A stretch of 53,128 nucleotides of DNA from an uncultured Bacteroidaceae bacterium. GTDB lineage: Bacteria; Bacteroidota; Bacteroidia; Bacteroidales; GCA-2748055. The position numbers and the translations under genes are program-made. Under the pieces are notes generated by a model. The model saw only the letters and a program-made list of their open reading frames with translations. It was not told the DNA's origin and ran no database searches. Shown here piece after piece: positions 35,958 through 45,046 of the stretch (position 1 is its first letter; every line of letters begins with the position of its first letter). The stretch lies in assembly GCA_964454295.1 (NCBI GenBank), contig CAYVTV010000002.1, forward strand, positions 1-53,128, read 5' to 3'.

Positions 35958-36120
35958 TATAACATATTTCAGGAAACAAGGAGGATTGGTTTATAACTAT
36001 CAAATTTGACACTGGATACCTGATCACAATCCAAGTGGGCCTCACACAGTCCACAGATGATCGTCTTCCTGAGCCTGCCAAAAGATGATGTATAAAAGGT
36101 CCGGGAAAATCCCTGTCTGG

Positions 36121-36163
36121 AAAATCCGTCCACCTTTGACCACTAAAAGAGAAGGTCAGAAAA
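36121..36163 (+). repeat. R2 element (copy 8, core)
   Basis: AAAATCCGTCCACCTTTGACCACTAAAAGAGAAGGTCAGAAAA. Confidence 0.65.
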
Positions 36164-36272
36164 CTGTTAGCATTTCAGAACACCACAACTTATAATGTTT
36201 TCGAGAAAGAAATACCTTAATAGGATATTTTATTAATCTAGAAAATCTATATCAATTGGATTTTAGAAGCGG

Positions 36273-36306
36273 CAGGTTCATTTTCCCGCAAATGGAAATG
36301 AACCTG
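36273..36306 (-). terminator. Strong hairpin just 3' of the TIR gene (candidate terminator; no U-tract)
   Basis: CAGGTTCATTTTCC-CGCAAAT-GGAAATGAACCTG forms a ~12-bp stem with one bulge. Confidence 0.35.
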
Positions 36307-36320
36307 GGATTCCTGAATAT

Positions 36321-36350
36321 TTGACCACATTCAACAGGGATAATTTTAAC
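36321..36350 (+). repeat. R1 arm fragment abutting the TIR gene stop codon
   Basis: TTGACCACATTCAACAGGGATAATTTTAAC versus the R1 arm TTGACCACATTCAGCCGGTAATTTTAAC. Confidence 0.55.
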
Positions 36351-38566
36351 TACTTGGGAGTTTGATACTCCGATAATCCCATTTTCTGTACGATAGCCTG
36401 GAACCCCGGTTCTGAACGGATATCAGCAAATTCACCACTGTTATTTATTCCTGGCATAAATCCACGAAAATACAAGTCTTCATGGGAGGCGTCATACAAT
36501 CTCTCAAGCCAGTAAACAGCTTCTGCTTTTTTGCCAGCTCTTGCAAAGGTTGTAGCTAAATTCCAGGCTCTGGCAAGACTAAAGGTATCGACAGGATATC
36601 TCTTTTGAACCAATTCGAGCTCAAAGTTCAACAATCCGCTTATTCCCGATCTGTTATAAATATCATTCACATTTGCTGCACTTTTTACACTTAATGTATC
36701 ATTACTCTGTAGCAATATCTGCTCCAGTAACTCAACAACTTTTAGGTTCTCTCCCAGCTTTATGTAATTTAAGAGAAAATACCAATAATAATAATACCTG
36801 GGATCAAGTTCCTGTGCTTTTTGATAAGCATCTATTGATTCCTTGAATTTACCTTCATTAAAATATAACTTTCCACTTGATGAATGAAGCAATCCAAAAA
36901 ATGGATCAAGCTTCAATGCAATATCCATATGCTTCCGGGCCTCAGTGTTTTCTCTTAAAACATCCAGCATCGAGGCATAGTAAAAATGAGCATTTACATG
37001 ATTCGGATTCATCTCAACCGCAAGAAGGAATTCCTTTCGTGCTTCCTCCCATTTCCAGTCACGCTGGCATAAAATAGCTCCAAGCACCGTATGTGCTTCT
37101 GCCAGGTTCTTATCTATTTCAAGAGCCTTTTTTGCATATTTTCTTGATCTGGCACAGGCTTCTTCAGGGGTTATTTCAGATATCAAAAAATCCCCCCATG
37201 GATTATCTCCCCATATCATAATATTATACGCTTCCGCCAGGCCAGCATAGGCCAGGGCATAATCTTTATCTTCAGCCAGTGCCTTTTCAAAATATTCAAT
37301 GCTTTTCCTGAATCCCTCTTCTGTAAGTTTATGCAGGAAAAAGCGACCCTGCATATACAGATTGTATGCTTCCAGATTTTCAGTCGCATTTTTCATCATC
37401 TGTTCCTTTTCTTCAGCAGTCAGTGCTGCTTTGAGCTCCCTGGCAACATTCCGAGCCACCTCAGACTGGATTGAGAAAATATCGGAGAGGTCTCTTTCAT
37501 ATATCTCTGACCACAGATGAGCATCGGTTTTTGTATCTATAAGCTGGGCCGTTATCCGGACATTGTTCCCGATCTTATAAACGCTGCCCTCCAGGATTGC
37601 ATTAAAACCCAGTTCCCTGCCTATTTCCTTAATTGAAAGCTTTGTGTTCTTATATCTTTTTGTCGATGTGCTGGATTTTACAGTTAAATCCCCTGTCTTG
37701 AACAGGTGACTTAATATTGCTTCAACTACCCCATCACTGAAATATTCCTGTTCAGGATCATTGCTCAGGTTTGTAAACGGCAGTACTGCAATTGACTTAT
37801 CAACAGGTTCGGCTGATCTGAACAGTTTTGGCAGAAACAATAAACCCAGGACAATCAATGCCATACCGATTAATGATCCGGCCAGTATTTTTGATTTATG
37901 ATCTTTACGCGGAACAAATGTTGGTGTAATAACTTCCTCTGATTTTTCCTCAGGTTTATGCTTTCGCAATCTTAGTGCATTAATGATCTCTTTTATCGAA
38001 TTGGCCAACTTGTTGATCTGGTCTCTGTAGTAGGTCTTGTTCAGATTGTCCTGCGGATGATCCTCATTTACTCTTAATGGTCTGTTAACACCGGCAGATT
38101 TATAGATAAAGTCCACACTCCGCAGGACTCCTCCCAGCACCGATTCACATGACCTGATATCAGAATCGTCCAGGTCATAAATCCTGACCGGCAATACCCT
38201 GCTTGCAACATTACTATTTGGAAGCTTTACTTTCAAGCCAAACTGATCCTTTGAAGCCAGTTCGACAAATGCCTTGAATTCATGTTCCCATGCAAAGGAT
38301 TTTGGATCACAATAGGTTCTGGAAATTATGGGTATAAAGACCAGACATTTGAGTTTCTCCTTCAGAGATTCATCCACATCATGAGTTTCCAGGAGACCGT
38401 CATGGGGATTGATATCAAAATAAACGCTGATTTCCTCCTTGAAAGTGGATTCGAGTTCTGTTTTCAAAGAATCAACAAACTCGCTCACCCACCTGTCGCC
38501 TTTATTGTCCTTCTGTCGATAGGAGATGAAGATGTCGTAATAATAACCCTCTATTATGCTTGGCAT
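36350..38566 (-). CDS. TIR-domain transmembrane protein with TolB-N-like sensor domain and TPR repeats
   Basis: 738-aa ORF starting MPSIIEGYYYDIFISYRQKDN.. (TIR module). TM helix ILAGSLIGMALIVLGLLFLPKLF. SIAVLPFTNLSNDPEQEYFSDGVVEAIL..VRITAQLIDTKTDAHLWSEIYE is TolB-N-like. TPR repeats run to the C-terminus. Confidence 0.85.
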   Translation of the reverse strand: MPSIIEGYYYDIFISYRQKDNKGDRWVSEFVDSLKTELESTFKEEISVYFDINPHDGLLETHDVDESLKEKLKCLVFIPIISRTYCDPKSFAWEHEFKAFVELASKDQFGLKVKLPNSNVASRVLPVRIYDLDDSDIRSCESVLGGVLRSVDFIYKSAGVNRPLRVNEDHPQDNLNKTYYRDQINKLANSIKEIINALRLRKHKPEEKSEEVITPTFVPRKDHKSKILAGSLIGMALIVLGLLFLPKLFRSAEPVDKSIAVLPFTNLSNDPEQEYFSDGVVEAILSHLFKTGDLTVKSSTSTKRYKNTKLSIKEIGRELGFNAILEGSVYKIGNNVRITAQLIDTKTDAHLWSEIYERDLSDIFSIQSEVARNVARELKAALTAEEKEQMMKNATENLEAYNLYMQGRFFLHKLTEEGFRKSIEYFEKALAEDKDYALAYAGLAEAYNIMIWGDNPWGDFLISEITPEEACARSRKYAKKALEIDKNLAEAHTVLGAILCQRDWKWEEARKEFLLAVEMNPNHVNAHFYYASMLDVLRENTEARKHMDIALKLDPFFGLLHSSSGKLYFNEGKFKESIDAYQKAQELDPRYYYYWYFLLNYIKLGENLKVVELLEQILLQSNDTLSVKSAANVNDIYNRSGISGLLNFELELVQKRYPVDTFSLARAWNLATTFARAGKKAEAVYWLERLYDASHEDLYFRGFMPGINNSGEFADIRSEPGFQAIVQKMGLSEYQTPK

Positions 38567-38742
38567 TTGAGGTTTATTTATTTCATTATCAAATTTAAAC
38601 CTAAGTTAAACAAAATACAAATATGTAATCAGGTATCGCTGATCAGGATATGATTTATGGATTTGGTTCGAATAGAGAAGAATGGTATCAGCTACTATCA
38701 ACTTGATAATAATTTTCGCTCGATATTGTTAAAATTTCCCCA

Positions 38743-38845
38743 AATCCTGGCGCCAAACAAAAAGACACCCCCCAATTGGTCTTTCAAGTTTCTGATTTTT
38801 CAGAAATCCGTCCTTCTTTGACCAATTCAGAAGAAGGTCTGAAAG
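38743..38845 (+). repeat. R2 element (copy 9)
   Basis: AATCCTGGCGCCAAACAAAAAGACACCCCCCAATTGGTCTTTCAAGTTTCTGATTTTTCAGAAATCCGTCCTTCTTTGACCAATTCAGAAGAAGGTCTGAAAG. Confidence 0.8.
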
Positions 38846-38897
38846 AAATATTGACATTGCGGATTATATAGGTAAGATTTACAGCCCCTTTATTAAC

Positions 38898-39032
38898 TGC
38901 AAAAGCCGGAAGTCTTGACCACATTCAGCCGGTAATTTTAACAATTTAGTACTTATTTATCAAAGGATTAACATCGGCATCAGAAGGTCAATCTAATCCG
39001 TCGCCAAGTGGTCAGGGGCACCGGCTCTTCCA
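38898..39032 (+). mobile_element. R1 MITE-like element, subfamily 1 (copy J)
   Basis: Full-length. The right terminus is degraded (CCGGCTCTTCCA). Confidence 0.75.
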
Positions 39033-39317
39033 GTTCATCCTTTAACTCACTGACAAAGACCTGGTTGTATTGAGTCTCAGCAAACCTGGCATTGGGAATT
39101 GGTAAGTACTGGACACTATCTTTATCGCAGACTCGAATTGAAAGGTCCACGGGATGTAAAGTTCTCACTATATTATGCTAACTTCTAAACTAAATTTATA
39201 CCTTTATGTATTGTAGTTCAACTATTTTTGTGAATTAGTCTGACGGCTATGCGCAAAAAAGGGGAGCGACCTGTTTTTTACCAAATAACAGTCTTATAAA
39301 ATAAATACCACCGGAAA

Positions 39318-41348
39318 ATGAAAAAACAATTCTCACTTGTTTTATTTATTAGTGCTATACTCTTGAATTTTTCCTGTTCAGGAAACAAAACTGCGGTTAC
39401 ACCAAAAGAAGGACAGTCAAATAATATCCGTGATTACCTCGTAAAAGGTGCGAAAGACATAACGGATAATTCCGGTACTGATGTTATTTCTGCAGAAGAG
39501 TGGGAAAGGATGAGGCCGGAAAGATATGCTGAATTCATCGAAATGATTAGCATGCAGGACATGCCTCTGAGTGGTGAACGGTCACCTTTGAATGTCAGAA
39601 TTACCGGAACAATTCTGAGAGACGGTTACAGAATAGAAAAGCTTTATTATGAATCACTGCCCGGTCTGTATGTACCTGCCAATCTTTATATTCCTGATAA
39701 TATAAATGGAAAGGCTCCTGCAATAATCTACCTATGCGGCCACTCATTAACACAGAAAGTTCATTATCAGGCACATCCGGCAAAATTCGCGAAACTTGGA
39801 TTTGTTTGCCTTATCGTGGAAACTATTCAGTACGGGGAGGTTCGCGGCCAGCACCACGGATGTTATGCCAGGGGCTGGTTCAACTGGTACAGCCGGGGCT
39901 ATACTCCTGCCGGAGTGGAAGTCTGGAATGCGATCCGGGGACTCGACCTGCTCTCTGAAAGACCCGAAGTAGACATTCAGAATATGGGAGCCACGGGAAT
40001 TTCAGGTGGTGGTGCAATAAGCTGGTTCCTTGCCGCAGCTGACCCGAGGGTTAAAGCTGTCGCACCAGTATGCGGGGCCAGTACAATGGAAGCACAGATA
40101 TCAACACGTACCATTGACGGTCATTGCGACTGTATGATGGCAATTAACACTTACCTTATAGATTTTCAGGATATAGGAGCCCTGATAGCTCCACGGCCCT
40201 TACTGATAGGCCAGGCAGACCGTGATGGTTTGAACCGGATCGAATCGGTTAAAAGGATCTATAATGACCTCCGAAGGATCTATCAGTTACACAATGCTCC
40301 CGCTAATATTGAGTATATTGATACTCCCGGAGGTCATTCATATCATAAGGATTCAAGGGAAAAAATAGTCTCCTTTTTCTCCGGACATCTTATGGGAAAA
40401 TCAATTTCACCGGAAGAAGCGGGTGATATTGATACCTCACCGGCTTATATGCTGTCAGAAGAAGAATTAAAGGTGTACACAGAAGGGCCTCCTTCAGATG
40501 ACAGAACGACCACTATTCAGGATTCTTTCGTTAAACTGGCTTTAAATCCCCAAATAACAACTGAAAGTGAACTGAATGAATTTCGTAATACAGTTAAAGA
40601 TTTTCTTAAAAAGAGAAGTTTTAATGCTTTCCCTGAGAATCCTCCTTCATTTGATTCGGTAAAAGTGTTCAGAACTCTTGACAGGGCAAAATACGGAAGC
40701 GATATCTACAGTTTTGTTTCGGAGGCGGGATGGAGACTTAAGGTTGACATAAGATGGAGAAATGACCCGTCACAGAAAAAACCACTGATGATCGTTCTGC
40801 GCAATCCCAATGAATCGCGGTGGGAATCGGAAGGATTTATTGAATATCTTGATAATAAATGGAATATTGCCTATTTCGAAGTAAGAGGTGTCGGGGAATT
40901 CGGCTGGGATCCGAACCTGCAATGGCATGTACGTCGTGCATCAGCATGGCTGGGAAGAACACTTGCATCAATGCAGGTCTATGACCTTACCAGATGCATT
41001 GAATTCTGCAGGACACTTGATGGCGTAAATGCTGATTCAATAGGTATTGCCGCCAGGGAAGATATGGGTGTTGTTGCACTTTATGGCGGCCTTCTCGACG
41101 GAAAATGTAAAACAGTTATACTGAAAAATCCTCCGGCCACCCAGGATATGGCCGGCAGTCCCGATGGCAGGGGAGCTGCAATCGAGATATTGAATTGCTT
41201 AAGGATCACTGATATATATCAGCTGCCGGCACTGGTTGCTCCTGCAGAGATAGTATTCATTGGTGATATGCCCGAAACATATAAGTGGGCAGAAGAGGTG
41301 ATTGCCAAACTGGGAAAGAAACCATTTACAAAAATCAATATTCTATAA
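39318..41348 (+). CDS. Alpha/beta hydrolase lipoprotein, acetylxylan-esterase (AXE1/CE7)-like N-terminal half with a long C-terminal extension
   Basis: Lipobox NFSC. An RGQ motif (EVRGQHHG), nucleophile elbow GATGISGGGAISW and GGHSYH are present. 676 aa. Confidence 0.6.
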   Translation: MKKQFSLVLFISAILLNFSCSGNKTAVTPKEGQSNNIRDYLVKGAKDITDNSGTDVISAEEWERMRPERYAEFIEMISMQDMPLSGERSPLNVRITGTILRDGYRIEKLYYESLPGLYVPANLYIPDNINGKAPAIIYLCGHSLTQKVHYQAHPAKFAKLGFVCLIVETIQYGEVRGQHHGCYARGWFNWYSRGYTPAGVEVWNAIRGLDLLSERPEVDIQNMGATGISGGGAISWFLAAADPRVKAVAPVCGASTMEAQISTRTIDGHCDCMMAINTYLIDFQDIGALIAPRPLLIGQADRDGLNRIESVKRIYNDLRRIYQLHNAPANIEYIDTPGGHSYHKDSREKIVSFFSGHLMGKSISPEEAGDIDTSPAYMLSEEELKVYTEGPPSDDRTTTIQDSFVKLALNPQITTESELNEFRNTVKDFLKKRSFNAFPENPPSFDSVKVFRTLDRAKYGSDIYSFVSEAGWRLKVDIRWRNDPSQKKPLMIVLRNPNESRWESEGFIEYLDNKWNIAYFEVRGVGEFGWDPNLQWHVRRASAWLGRTLASMQVYDLTRCIEFCRTLDGVNADSIGIAAREDMGVVALYGGLLDGKCKTVILKNPPATQDMAGSPDGRGAAIEILNCLRITDIYQLPALVAPAEIVFIGDMPETYKWAEEVIAKLGKKPFTKINIL

Positions 41349-41385
41349 TATGCTGCCCCTTTAGCTTATATTTTTGCACTTCAGT

Positions 41386-41420
41386 CCGGCATGGAATGAT
41401 CAATGCTTCCGGCTTTTTCC
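41386..41420 (-). repeat. R1 right-terminus fragment
   Basis: CCGGCATGGAATGATCAATGCTTCCGGCTTTTT versus GGCTGAATGTGGTCAATGCTTCCGGCTTTTGCA of copy L. Confidence 0.45.
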
Positions 41421-41483
41421 TGTATGTTATATCTGCCTCTTTAATCTGGAAAGAAAGTAATCGTTGATAAAATCAGACAGATA

Positions 41484-41662
41484 TACCAGAAACTGGCTCC
41501 AAACCGGCACCGGACCGAGCGTTAAGAATCCCGCCGGTTGCGGGATTTAGCGGAGCCAGATTGTCGCGGTGGCAAAAACAGCTTTGTAAGGAATTGTTGA
41601 TTGTTCTATCTCCTTGAAAGTTTGAGTGTGAGTGCGAGTCTTGAGGAAGGAAGGTCTGATAA
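41484..41662 (+). repeat. R4 element copy 2 (candidate structured RNA or composite repeat)
   Basis: Same ordered blocks as 30873..31080, with a hairpin AATCCCGC-CGGTT-GCGGGATT at 41527..41547. It ends GAAGGTCTGATAAC, like an R2 right end. Confidence 0.6.
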
Positions 41663-41735
41663 CACATAACATATTAGAAAACCCACATCAAGGAATTTAA
41701 GATGTGGCGTTTAGTAAGTAATCGGGGAAAATAAA

Positions 41736-41767
41736 TTTGACTTGTTTTCCATTGTCTCGTAATTTTG
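41736..41767 (+). promoter_or_regulatory. Bacteroidota-type promoter TTTG-N20-TAATTTTG
   Basis: TTTG at 41736-41739 and TAATTTTG at 41760-41767, ~45 nt upstream of the ATG at 41811. The same 40-nt block is duplicated at 44122..44153. Confidence 0.55.
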
Positions 41768-41810
41768 ATAAACAGTTAACCTGTTCATTTCTAACCCAAA
41801 AAGCAAAATC

Positions 41811-42290
41811 ATGAAAAAATTAGTATGGTCAATCTCCGCAATTGTTTTAATAATGATTGCATCTTGTCAGCAAAAAGCTTCAATACTAACAGATACTCAA
41901 AAAGTAACTATCGAAAAAGAAGTTCGAGCTCAGTATGAAACTCTTGAAAAATCCCTTAATGCAATGGATATTAATCTTTTACGACAACTTTATAGCCAAA
42001 ATAATTTCTTGGCTGCCGTTTTTGATGGGACAAAAATTGAAACTTATGAAGCAGTAATAGACTCAGTAAGTTCCTGGTTTAGCGGTAGAGAAGAGCAAGG
42101 AATTGATAAATCCGATATACAAATAGATGTATTATCTGATGGTTTAGCTGTTGTTACAAGTATTATTGAAGGTCATATGACTTTTAACAGTGGAGAAAGA
42201 TGGGAAACCAAAAATCACGCATTTAGTTTACTTTACAGTAGAGAAGCATCAGGTTGGAAGATTATTCATTATCACGAATCAGATCAATGA
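41811..42290 (+). CDS. SnoaL/DUF4440-like (NTF2-fold) lipoprotein, paralog 1
   Basis: Lipobox IASC. Its pattern and size match the paralogs at 44199 and 44864. The fold call is tentative. Confidence 0.55.
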   Translation: MKKLVWSISAIVLIMIASCQQKASILTDTQKVTIEKEVRAQYETLEKSLNAMDINLLRQLYSQNNFLAAVFDGTKIETYEAVIDSVSSWFSGREEQGIDKSDIQIDVLSDGLAVVTSIIEGHMTFNSGERWETKNHAFSLLYSREASGWKIIHYHESDQ

Positions 42291-42295
42291 TAAAC

Positions 42296-42395
42296 TGCAA
42301 AAGCCTGAAGTCTTGACCACATTTAGCCGGTCATTATAACATTGTTGTATTTATTTATTTATCAAGGGATAACTTCCGGCGTAATGTGGTCATAC
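42296..42395 (+). repeat. R1 element, subfamily 1, degenerate (copy K)
   Basis: TGCAAAAGCCTGAAGTCTTGACCACATTTAGCCGGTCATTATAAC...CCGGCGTAATGTGGTCA. The right terminus is lost. It starts 5 nt after the stop codon. Confidence 0.6.
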
Positions 42396-42470
42396 TGTGA
42401 GGCGTAAACATTTAATGAATATATTTAAATTAAGTGATGGCATCAACACCGCTATTAGTTAGTCCAATTA

Positions 42471-42971
42471 TTATTTTTCTCGATGAAAAGTATATGTTCC
42501 AGTCGTTTTGTTATTTTTTAAATTCGTCCATATAAATAAATCAGGAGAAGCAAGTTCAAACGTCCATTTATAAATGGCTTTTTCAGGATTTGAAATATCT
42601 TGTAGCAAAACTTGTTCGCACTTATTTTCTGAAATGAACCATATTGCCCAAATCATAATGTCTGGACTGCTATTGAGAATTCCTGATTCAATAAGTTTAT
42701 CGTTTTTTTTATCATAACCTATAACTGTCTTCTCCTCTATTAATATTTTCCCTTTAGTTTCAGTTTTGAGATAACATTCAAACGCATCATAGAAAGATTT
42801 CATTTCCATTAAGAAGGTTGTATCTTTTCCCATTTCACCCTTCCAGGTGCCCACAAACTGTTTGAATAACTCTAATTGGTTGAATTTAGGTTGGGAAGTT
42901 TGAGCCTGTATTCCCTTTGAGTAGATTAAAAGGAGTACAGCAATTATTGTGATTAGACCAAAAGCCTTCAT
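42471..42971 (-). CDS. Hypothetical secreted protein
   Basis: 166-aa ORF with a signal peptide. No motif recognised. Confidence 0.5.
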   Translation of the reverse strand: MKAFGLITIIAVLLLIYSKGIQAQTSQPKFNQLELFKQFVGTWKGEMGKDTTFLMEMKSFYDAFECYLKTETKGKILIEEKTVIGYDKKNDKLIESGILNSSPDIMIWAIWFISENKCEQVLLQDISNPEKAIYKWTFELASPDLFIWTNLKNNKTTGTYTFHREK

Positions 42972-42975
42972 TCTT

Positions 42976-43851
42976 CTATTGTTTTAAATAATAATTAAAG
43001 AAAGCCAGTGTGTTTTTGATAATTTGTCTGGTCGTTTCGTTGTCATTATATATTTCAAATCCGTGTAATCCTTCTGAATAATTTATTAAAGTAATTGGCA
43101 AGTTTTGTTTGATTGCTTTGTCAAGAAAATTCTGCATGGATTGGTTTAAATTTGGTATATTATCCTGTCCAGACCTGACAATTAAAAGTGGAACATCGCT
43201 TTTCCAATTATTAGAATCGGGAAGAATAGGCGGTTTTTGAAATCCCATTTGTTTAAACATAGATTCAATCGCAGCGAGATTTTCAACATCCTCCGAAAGA
43301 AAAAATCCATAGTATAATACTGCACAAGAGAAAATACTGGATGAACTTAGAATATAGGAGACCCCTGTAGGAGTATTACCTGAACATACAAAAGCGCCAA
43401 TGCTGTTGTCGTTGATGGATAGATTTGTATGTTCAGATTTAATATACTCAATTAGAGAGATTAAATTATTCTTAGGGTCAATTGTTTCATAAACAATTGC
43501 AGCCATCCCCGATGCAGCAACTATCTTACACCATGAGGTATATTGACCATATTTTCTAAATTGATTACCAGTAAGTTTGACCATTGATGTATCAGGAATT
43601 CCAGTAATAAAGATAATTGCAGAAATATTTCTTTTAAAGTCAAATTTCGGTGGATAATAGATATCCATATTCAGTGCAGTATCTGAAGTTTTAAGGTATG
43701 GTATGTCCTTTTTGGCAATTACATCATTCATTCCTGCAATTTCGTAAGCCACAAATATTTCTTCTAAGTTGTTTGTGGTTTGTGCCTGTATCCCAGTTAT
43801 GCCGTATAAAAGTAATGCAGCAATAATTATGTTTCTTCGAAGTGTATTCAT
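42976..43851 (-). CDS. Alpha/beta hydrolase, dienelactone-hydrolase-like (paralog 2)
   Basis: 291 aa, collinear with 33457..34335 (about 55-60% identity by eye). IGAFVCSGN sits at the elbow and GLHGF near the C-terminus. Confidence 0.6.
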   Translation of the reverse strand: MNTLRRNIIIAALLLYGITGIQAQTTNNLEEIFVAYEIAGMNDVIAKKDIPYLKTSDTALNMDIYYPPKFDFKRNISAIIFITGIPDTSMVKLTGNQFRKYGQYTSWCKIVAASGMAAIVYETIDPKNNLISLIEYIKSEHTNLSINDNSIGAFVCSGNTPTGVSYILSSSSIFSCAVLYYGFFLSEDVENLAAIESMFKQMGFQKPPILPDSNNWKSDVPLLIVRSGQDNIPNLNQSMQNFLDKAIKQNLPITLINYSEGLHGFEIYNDNETTRQIIKNTLAFFNYYLKQ

Positions 43852-44121
43852 TTGTCTGGGTTTAAGTAAATGTACTAACCTAAATAACTCTAAGTCAGAA
43901 ATATGATGAAAGTTATGCTAAAATTAAACCAAAGTCAAATAAATCTGCGGATGACAACCAATAGGATTAGTGTTTCGTTATTTTGATGCATTGCTCGTAT
44001 TTAGAACTTCTATGCTTCTCCAGTCCTTATCAAATTTTATCTGTAAAATCATTTTATAGAATACCCCCACATCAGATACTATAATGGACTTAGTGTTTAG
44101 TAATTATGTGAGAGAAATATA

Positions 44122-44153
44122 TTTGACTTGGTTTCCATTGTGTCGTAATTTTG
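44122..44153 (+). promoter_or_regulatory. Bacteroidota-type promoter TTTG-N20-TAATTTTG (duplicate of 41736..41767)
   Basis: TTTGACTTGGTTTCCATTGTGTCGTAATTTTG, ~45 nt upstream of the ATG at 44199. Confidence 0.55.
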
Positions 44154-44198
44154 ATAAACAGTTAACCCGATCGACTTTAATCATTAAAATTAGCACTT

Positions 44199-44711
44199 AT
44201 GAAAAAAACATTATTACTTATTGCATTTATTGCACTTACATGGGCTTGCCAAAAAGAAGTTCCCAAAGAATTGACTCTTGAACAGCGTCAGAATATAGCA
44301 GAGGAAATCAGGCAGTTCCAATACAATTGGCTGAAATCGTTGGAAGTATTCAATGAAGAAAACTTTAATGTTTTTCTATCGGGAATGGTACCAGGAGATA
44401 ATGAAGTTTGGATGGGAAATCCTGCAATGTGGTTAAACGAACTTACTTTCTTCCCAAATAATGAAGTTATAAATGAATACTGGCGACCTGAATTTGAAAA
44501 CCGCTCAAGTACAACATTTAAGATTGAAAGAGATTATGTAGCTGTTGCATCTCCAGAATATGCAGTCTATGTGGCACTTGGAACATTTTCAGTAACTGAC
44601 GCACAAGGAAATAATATGGGAGATATCCCAATGTCAAATACGAGTGTTATGGCAAAGACAAACAATGAATGGAAAGTTCTGCATATACACTATTCGTGGC
44701 AAAATGATTAA
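44199..44711 (+). CDS. SnoaL/DUF4440-like (NTF2-fold) lipoprotein, paralog 2
   Basis: Lipobox TWAC. Collinear with 41811..42290. Confidence 0.55.
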   Translation: MKKTLLLIAFIALTWACQKEVPKELTLEQRQNIAEEIRQFQYNWLKSLEVFNEENFNVFLSGMVPGDNEVWMGNPAMWLNELTFFPNNEVINEYWRPEFENRSSTTFKIERDYVAVASPEYAVYVALGTFSVTDAQGNNMGDIPMSNTSVMAKTNNEWKVLHIHYSWQND

Positions 44712-44863
44712 GCAAATCAACTGAGACAGACATGTAGCACCCCAACCAGGCTTAACCAAAGAGGCTACTGACTAGTTCAACAAGTACCTTGATCATTTAA
44801 ACTGAATAGAATATTGTTGACTTACACACTGTTAATCCTATTTATTAACCAAAAACCAAAACA

Positions 44864-45046
44864 ATGAGAAAATTAGCACATTTCAGTTTGATGATTCTGT
44901 TTTTATTCATTTCATGTGCAAAAAACATAAAAACGGAATTAACCGTTGAACAAAAAACCGCTATTGTAGCTGAAGTAGAAAAAGTTCATGATGATTTGAT
45001 TGCCAATCTTAGCAAATTGGATATTGATATATGGACAGAACCCTGG
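44864..45046 (+). pseudogene. SnoaL/DUF4440-like lipoprotein, paralog 3, truncated by R1
   Basis: MRKLAHFSLMILFLFISCAKNIKTELTVEQKTAIVAEVEKVHDDLIANLSKLDIDIW matches the first third of the paralogs. The frame then enters R1 copy L and stops at 45089-45091. Confidence 0.7.

Noticed and set aside
35812-36081. 89-aa minus-strand ORF
   Set aside because: It spans R2 copy 7 and repeat-flanking sequence, with no start context or motif.
38980-39168. 62-aa minus-strand ORF as a third gene truncated by R1
   Set aside because: Its last 17 codons are R1 copy J, so truncation is plausible. But the first 45 residues match nothing I recognise, and I cannot distinguish it from a chance ORF.
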